From: the human T2T-CHM13v2.0 reference genome, Homo sapiens
Strand: one strand, 5' to 3'
Assembly: GCF_009914755.1 (NCBI RefSeq)
Contig: NC_060930.1
Length of the DNA stretch: 64,000 nucleotides
This document shows, in pieces, positions 56,222-64,000 of the stretch. Positions within the stretch are counted from its first letter, which is position 1; each line of letters starts with the position of its first letter. The notes under the pieces were generated by a model. That model had not been told where the DNA came from and did not search any database. It saw nothing but the letters and a program-made list of their open reading frames with translations. A program made the position numbers and the translations under genes.

Positions 56222-56410
56222 TAGCTAGCTTTTTTGAAGATAAACCTGTGTGTTAGGCACTATGCTAAGTGTTTTATGTGTAATGTCCTATATCATATTT
56301 AACATGATCACACAATACCGGTACTGTTATTATCTTTATTTTGCGGATGTAAAAATTGAGCCAAAGATGGCCTTAATAATTTGACTAAAGCTACACCGTT
56401 AGCAAGTGTA
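56222..56410 (-). mobile_element. MIR
   Basis: aggcactatgctaagtgtttta...ggtactgttattatc...attttgcggatg...aaattgag. Confidence 0.8.
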
Positions 56411-56559
56411 ATGGCTTTTCACTGGTTTTCCATTGTCATAACTTCAGATTCTGTTCAGATAAAGCTAGAGCTCAAAAAGAGACTGCCTTGTCATACACAG
56501 TTTGATGTTTTATCAAGTGCCTATTACATATAAGTTATTGTGGTTAGTGTTAAAAATAC

Positions 56560-56872
56560 GTCCTTTGCAGGGAGATGGATGACGCCAGAAACCATCATTC
56601 TCAGCAAACTAACACAAGAACAGAAAACCAAACGCTGCATGTTCTCACTCATAAGTAGGAGTTGATCAATGAGAACACATGGACACAGAAAGGAGAACAT
56701 CACACACTGAGACCTGTCAGGGAGTCAGAGGCTGAGGAAGGGATAGCATTAGGAGAAATACCTAATGTAGGTGACGGGTTGATGGGTGCAGCAAACCACC
56801 ATGGCATGTGTATACCTATGTAACAAACCTGCACATTCTGCACATGCATCTCAGAACTTAAAGCATAATAAA
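56560..56872 (+). mobile_element. L1PA (PA5-7) 3' end, 5'-truncated
   Basis: aaccatcattctcagcaaacta...gcagcaaaccaccatggc...agaacttaaagcataataaaaaa; TSD aaaaatac. Confidence 0.95.
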
Positions 56873-57308
56873 AAAATACAAAAATTAATTAAGTGATATC
56901 CATATGCTTAATCCATCTTTCAGGCTAAAAGTAATGTAATTACAAAACTCTTACACATTGAATAATTTTCTATAAAAGTGGGATGTATAAAGTATATGGC
57001 AACTCACATAAGTGAAGAATGATTTCTCCATATAGGTGTCAGAAAATGCCACAGAGCACAGAAGACAAGAAGAGCTCCCTGCTGCATATATTGCATCTTC
57101 CGTTGGGCACAGTTTCACTGATGTTATCTGTAAACAGAAAGGGTGAGACGTGATGACTCAGCCAACCCTCCAAATCCTGAGGGTCATCTATGCTGCCGGA
57201 GGCAGAAAGTGTCACTCCCGTTTCACTCCCCGCAGCTGTGTTGTTTGGAATTTCTGAAGATTTTATTTTTGATGAGCAACTTTGGGAGACGAAAAAAAAA
57301 AAAAATGA

Positions 57309-57632
57309 GGCCAGGTGTGGTGGCTCACACCTGTAATCCTAGCACTTTGGGAGGCTGAGGTGGGTGGATCACCTGAGGTCAGGACTTTGAGACCAGCCTG
57401 GCCAACAGGGTGAAACCCTGTCTCTTCTAAAAATACAAAAACTACCTAGGTGTGGTGGTGCACACCTGTAATCCTAGCTACTCAGGAGGCTCAGGCAAGA
57501 GAATGGCTTGAACTCGGGAGGCAGAGGTTGCAGTGAGCTGAGATCATGCCACTGCACTCTAGCCTGGATGACAGAGTGAGACCCCATCTCAAAGAAAGAA
57601 AAAACAAAAAACATAAAACAAAACAAACAAAT
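57309..57632 (+). mobile_element. AluSx-like
   Basis: full dimer with degenerate A tail. Confidence 0.95.
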
Positions 57633-57892
57633 ATAAAATTGGTGAATATTTGGGTTGTATATTAAGATAGAAAAAATGTATGCACTTGTACTGGTCATGG
57701 TTGACTACAAAACATTTTAATTACATAGATAATTAAATATTGTCTCTGTATGAGAAAGCAATTTTGTCAATCAGAATCAAGTCTGAACTTCTAAACAAAT
57801 AGTTGTATGAATAAGTGGTTCAAGAAGAAATAATTCTTCACTATCAAACATATTTTAGATGTAATACCTTTGGTGGAGATAGATCAGGTAGA

Positions 57893-58195
57893 CGCAGCAT
57901 TCGTTTCTTACTGCTGCTAAAATAGGCTGCACAAATTTCGTGGCTTAAAATGACGCACATTCATTATCCTACAGTTTTGGGTATCAGAAATCCAACATGA
58001 GTCTCACAAGCTAAAATCAAGGTGTTGGCATGGTTGAATTCCTTCTGGAAGCTCTAGGACAGAATGCATTTCCTTGCTTATTTCAGCTTCTAGAGGCCAC
58101 TCGCATTTCTTGACTCTGGTCCCCTTTCTATTTTGAAAGACAACAACACTCTCCCTTCATCCTCTGCTTCCTTTATCATATCTCCTCAACACTCC
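57893..58195 (-). mobile_element. MLT1B/C/D MaLR LTR fragment
   Basis: gtggcttaaaa...gctaaaatcaaggtgttggca...ttccttctggaagctctagg...cagcttctagagg. Confidence 0.85.
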
Positions 58196-58519
58196 CACTT
58201 TGTCAGGACTAAGTCCTGGCCCTGCTCACCTCAGGCCACCATGCTGCTCGCTCCTTTGTCTCCCGGTCACTGGACACTGGACACTTTCTGTTTGCCTGTT
58301 TTCCATGTACAGCTGGAACCTGGTCACAAATCTTACCTGCCTTCTGTTTCTAGAGATGCACCAACATTCAGTCTATAGGGATGCACTGGAAGTCTCAAAA
58401 ATGTGGGAAAACATTTGCTGACTGTATTTTCTACTCATGAGGTATTATTATTATTATTGTTATTATTAGTATTTTGAACCTGAGAGATAGGGATCCCTGG
58501 ACTATTTGGTGTACATCTT

Positions 58520-59250
58520 TATTTCTAGACAGGCTTTAGTGAAGTATAATCAGCATATCATACTACATATTCACCAATTGCAATGTACGGTTCGATGACT
58601 TTTAGAAAATGTATCCAGTTACGCGACTTTCACCCCAATTCAGCTTTAGAACACTCCCATCTCCTCAAAGGTTCCTACTTGACTATTCACAATGTATCTA
58701 CACTGCCACCCCCAGCCTCAGGCAACCAAAAATCTGCTTTGTGTGTTTGTGGTTTATGTTCCTATTTTATATAAAGAGAATATAATATGTAATCTTTTTG
58801 TCCCTCCTCTTCCGTTGAGCATAATGTCTCTGAGCTTCATCCATGTTTTTGGCATATTCGTACTTTGTTCCTTTTTATTGGTGAGATATACCACGTTATG
58901 TTTACTTATATACCAGTTAATGGCTAATTACATTATTTCTACATTTTGTTTATTATAAATAGTACTGCTGTAAATATTCGTGTACAAATCTTTTTGTTTT
59001 CATTTCTTTTGTGTAAAATATTCCAGAGTAGAATTGCTAGCTCATATGGTAAGTGTATATTTAACTTTTTAAAGTTAAACAAACTTCCAAATGCTGCATC
59101 ATTATGCATTCTCATCAGCAATGTATGAGGCTTCTAGTTGCTTCACATCCTTGCTACAATTTGTTATTTTCAGGGTTTTTAAAAACAAAATTATAGTCAT
59201 TCTATTGGTTGCAAAATGACATCTCATTATGGTTACATTTTATGTTCCCT
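58520..59250 (-). mobile_element. Old L1M 3' end
   Basis: antisense 3' motifs (ggcaacca...aatctgcttt; agaattgctagctcatatggtaag). Confidence 0.85.
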
Positions 59251-59784
59251 AGTCTAGGAATAAAGAAAAATTCATCAACATTATAACATCTATTAAAAAA
59301 ATACAGCTAATGTCACTCTTATTAGTGAAAGATTGAATGCTTTTCACCTAAAATCAGGAGCAAGCGAGCATGTCCATTCTCACCACTGCTAGTGATCATA
59401 GTACTAAAATGTCAACCAGTATAATAAGGCACTAAAATAAATAAAAAGCATGCAGATGGAAAAGGAGAATAAAACTCAGCTTACTTGCAAATGATCATCT
59501 GTAAAAAAATACTAAGTTAAAAAAAGAAAAACTCTTAGAACTAATATAAAGTCAATGTACAAAGTTCAATTGTATATCTACATCAGTAATCCACTGAGAA
59601 AATTTAAAACACAGTGACATTTAGAATGACTCCAAAAAATACTTATACATTTAACCAACATGTACAGAAGCTGTATGTCAAAAACTAAAAATGCTGATAG
59701 AAACTTAAAAAAAACAAATAAATAAAACATCATGTTTTAAGGACTAAGAAACTCAACAAAGAAAAGATGTCAATTCTCTCCATA

Positions 59785-59927
59785 AATAGCTAATGCATGC
59801 GGGGCTTAATGTCTAGGTGATGAGTTGATAGGTGCAGCAAACCACCATGGCACACGTTTACCTATGTAACAAACCAGCACATCCTGCACATGTATCCTGG
59901 AACATAAAATTAAATTAAATTTCAAAA
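59785..59927 (+). mobile_element. Short L1PA7/8 3' end
   Basis: gcagcaaaccaccatggcacacgtttacctatg; TSD aattct(c/t)tccata at 59772-59784 and 59928-59940. Confidence 0.92.
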
Positions 59928-60188
59928 AATTCTTTCCATATCGGTCAACAGATTTAATCCAATTGGTATCAAAATTATGGCAGGAGTTTTTGTAAATATA
60001 CACAAGCTGATTCTAAAATTTATATAGAAAAGCAAAGGAGCTGGAAGAGTTAAAACAATCTTGAAAAAGAACAATAAAGTTGAAGACAGCCCACTACCAA
60101 ATTGTGGAATTATATTACAGCTACCATAGTCAAGACAACGTGATACTGTTGGGTGTGTGGACATGGATCAACAGAACAGAATATACAG

Positions 60189-60756
60189 TGTCAAATGAAA
60201 AACACGTTCAGACTCAGTAAGGCAGGAGTTTATCAGAAATAATCATTTGGGGATAGGCTATTGTAATGGGGAGAACACTCAACTAACTAAGGTCAGCAAA
60301 ATCTCAAGGATTATAGAGCAGATTAAACAGGTGAGAAGGCACTGGGTACAGGGAAGTGGAAAGAAAGGGTGAAGTGCTCAGACAGTAGATGAGAGTATGT
60401 TTTACTCTGTAGTCAGCCTGTTTTCTAGAGGGGGCCCTGAAGGAAGGATGGTGTGCTGGCTGAGGGTGGGTGGGCTAAAGTTCAAGAGAATCTTAACTAA
60501 ATTTTGTTAAGAAGCATTTTGTTCCCACTGATCAGTGGAGACATGCAGTTCAGCTCATCACTGATAAAGAATGGGAATTTGGGGTCTCTGTGTCTAGCCG
60601 TGTTCTAGGTCAACCAAGTGGCATCCTTGATTCCATTGTAGTCACATAGGAAGTGCGGTTCTTTAGGGTGAGCTATATCCCAGAACATGGGATAGAGTGA
60701 TCCTTCACCTTTGTTTCCCCAGGGCCACAGGGCTCAAGTAAAATTCAGCATTGTCA
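60189..60756 (-). mobile_element. ERV1 solo LTR (MER67/MER31-like)
   Basis: TG...CA bounded block inside L1; minus strand starts tgacaatgctgaattttacttgagccctgtg. Confidence 0.7.
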
Positions 60757-60781
60757 AGAACTTAGAAATATGCGAACACAA

Positions 60782-61233
<452 letters not shown>

Positions 61234-62342
61234 TTAAAAACTCATTGAGCCTCAGAGTTTATTTATAAATTAACTTATAGATTCAAATATAAAATGTATA
61301 ACTGTAACTTCCAAAAAAAATGGAGAAAGTCATTGCGACCTAATATTAGGCAGAGTTCTTAGACATGAAACCAAGAACACAATCCATTAAAAACAGAAAT
61401 GAAACATCGGACTTCACCAAAATTAAAGCGTTTTGCTCAAGGAAAGACTTTGTTAAGAGCATAAAAACGTAAGCCACAGGGGGAAATATCAGCAAATCAC
61501 ACATCTGACAAAGTATTTGTTTTGAAAATGTAGAAAGTACTTTCTAAGTGTAACAGTAAGAAAACAAACAATTTAGCTGGAACATGAGCAAAAGACTTAA
61601 GAGATATTTCACCCATCCAAGAGGATATACAACAGCAAATATGCCCATGAAACAATGTTAGCACCATTGTCCATTAGGGAAATATAAGTTAAAATCACAA
61701 TGAGATGCCAGTACACTCTGGTAAGAATGGCTAAAACTTTTTTTAAAAGTATATGCTGTTAATACTGACTTCCGGTAACAGTGTGGAGAAAATGGATCTC
61801 AACACTTTGCTTGTGAGACTATAAAATGGTTATAGCCATTTTGGAGAACAGGCTTAGTTGGCAGTTAAATATACACTATATTAATACACACGATAGAACC
61901 CAGAAATTACATTCTTAGATATTTATAATTAAGGAATGAAAACAACTTCACACAAAAAGCTGGATCGCAGGGCTAAGCAAGATGTGATCGGCCCACATGA
62001 TAATATAGAGTTACCATATGACTCAATAATTGGGTAGCATTTGTCCACACTAAAAACCTGAATGCAATTGTTTATAATAGTATTATTCACGATAGTAAAA
62101 TCATAGAAACAACCCAATTTTATCAAATAATAAATACATAAATAAAAGTGATATATTCATAAAATGGAATAGTATTCAGCAATAAAAAGTAATGGAATTC
62201 TGACACGTGCTAAAATATAAAAGATCCTTAACAGTATTCTGTTAAAGAAGTCAGTCATAAAAGACCACATGTATGATTTTATTCATTTCAAATATCTAGA
62301 GTAGAAATTCTATAGAGAGAGACAGAAAGAAAGTACATTCTA

Positions 62343-62479
62343 TTTTTTTTTCTTTTTAAAATAAAGACAGGGTCTTGCTGTGTTGTCCAGGCTAGTTTCA
62401 AACTCCTGGGCTCAAGCAATCCTCCTGCCTCAGCTTCCCAAAGTGCTGGGATTACAGGCATGAACCACCATGCCAGGCC
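62343..62479 (-). mobile_element. FLAM_C / Alu left monomer
   Basis: gacagggtcttgct...ctcctgggctcaagcaatcctcc...ccatgccaggcc. Confidence 0.9.
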
Positions 62480-62799
62480 AGAAAGGAGAGTCTTGATTGT
62501 CTAGTGCTGTGTGGGCTTTGAGGTCAGGGCACTGGGAGTGACTGGTAATAGGTATGGAGTTTCCTTTTGCGGTGAAGAAATATTTTAAAATTAGATTGTG
62601 GTGATGGCTGCACAACTCTGTGAATATATTAAAATCTATTGACTTATTTATTCTAGATGGATGAATTTTATGATCTGAGGTTTATCTCAGTTAAACTCTT
62701 AAAATAGTTTATATACTTTATCGTTTCATACATATAAAATTCTTCAAATGTCAAAATTACAATAATGAAGACAATTCCACAATTGTCAAGTTTTAGGAT

Positions 62800-62980
62800 T
62801 GGAAGTAGGGTGTGCCCATATGTTAGTATTATATCAATGTCAAATTTCTGGTTCTGATGATGTACCATGCTTTGGTAAGATGTTGTCTCTGGGGGCAGCT
62901 GGATGAAAGGTGTGTGGGAACACTACTACTTTTGCAATTTTTTTTGAATCTAAACTATTTCAAATTTAAAGTTTAAAAAA
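62800..62980 (+). mobile_element. L1MC 3' terminal fragment
   Basis: tatatcaatgtcaaatttctgg...aagatgtt...gctggatgaaagg...tttttgcaa...gaatctaaactatttc. Confidence 0.75.
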
Positions 62981-64000
62981 ATCTAACTACTGAGAAAATG
63001 AATCTTATTTTTGAGAAAGAAACTTTCTGACACATTTGGAGCCAATATTGCTCTGGGTCAAAATCCACTTGAGCGGCTGTATTACTGATATTTCAGTTCA
63101 TTGGATACTTCTCTTTTATAACTTAAGTCTTGTGGTTGGTTCAGTTATGTCCACAAATTGATCTGTTTGAGCTTTGAAGTGTTCTGCTTCTGAGAACATT
63201 ACCTTCAACATTTAGAGAGATGTTCGGTCAGAAATACTTCAGGTTTCAGGAACAAACGCAACACATTTAGTCACATCATCTTCCACTTATTAAAAAAAAG
63301 AAAAATGAAAATATATGATTTCATAATACTAACCTCTGAAAAAGGAGAAACTAAGCAGTATAAGCAGCAATGCATTAGAAACTGACCAACTATCTGTTTC
63401 TTTTATATACATTGTCTCTCTAGCATAATTTTTAAACAACAACATGGGTTAGCTCACCCATGAATGTGTGATTTATTGATCAGTCTTATCCGTCTTTCAC
63501 TGAATCTGTGAGATCATGTGAGTTTTGAAGAAAAAAAGAAAAGAAAAGCTCAAAAATGATACCTGCTGGGCCTGCCAATACAAGAGTATTTTTGACAATT
63601 ACAAGACAAAACAACCATATTGTCATAAAGGCTTTGAGAGAATTAAGTGAACCATATTGACAAGATATCATGGCAGCGTCTGGTGGGTTGTTTCAGATGA
63701 ATGCTCTCATTTCCTTGTCAATGTGCTAATATGTGATGAATTTCATGGACTATCTTTGTTTCTCACAGCACTTTGGATGCAGAAGATGTTACCTTGAGCA
63801 AAACCGCTGCTATATATTATATAAACTACCTCCATAAGAAATGTAGATACTCTCAAAGATGTGAAAGTAGAAATTTCCAAGTTTTCCTCCAAATTGTCAG
63901 TCAAAAGAAATTGCCATTACTGTTATACAAGCTTAACAAAACATATAGGAGTAATTTTTTACTATACATATGTATATTTTGGAATAGTGACTTTTTAAAA

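Overview
Non-coding, AT-rich, repeat-dense primate genomic DNA, most likely human or another hominoid given the AluY elements and HERV-H/LTR7. I can support no intact protein-coding gene, tRNA/rRNA gene or CRISPR array; almost all listed ORFs are read-throughs of Alu, L1, ERV or simple repeats. Main contents: (1) a ~5.9 kb deleted-type HERV-H provirus on the minus strand (43762-49636) with both LTR7s, a His-tRNA PBS, a PPT and gag/pro/pol relics, inserted into an old L1; (2) a small, apparently young processed retrocopy (1732-2114) of what looks like a spliced CpG-exon/ERV1-derived transcript, with poly(A), an 11-bp TSD and an 82-codon ORF; (3) a ~1.75 kb structured AT-rich array with inverted flanks; (4) many Alu, L1, L2, MIR, MaLR/ERVL and DNA-transposon relics; (5) two short local duplications spanning repeat junctions, a stacked double-Alu insertion with three TSD copies, and a few motif-dense unique islands that may be enhancers or lncRNA exons. 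Repeat subfamily names come from memory of consensus sequences and need RepeatMasker/Dfam confirmation. I see no evidence for a wholly new biological system; the retrocopy and the asymmetric HERV-H LTRs most deserve follow-up.
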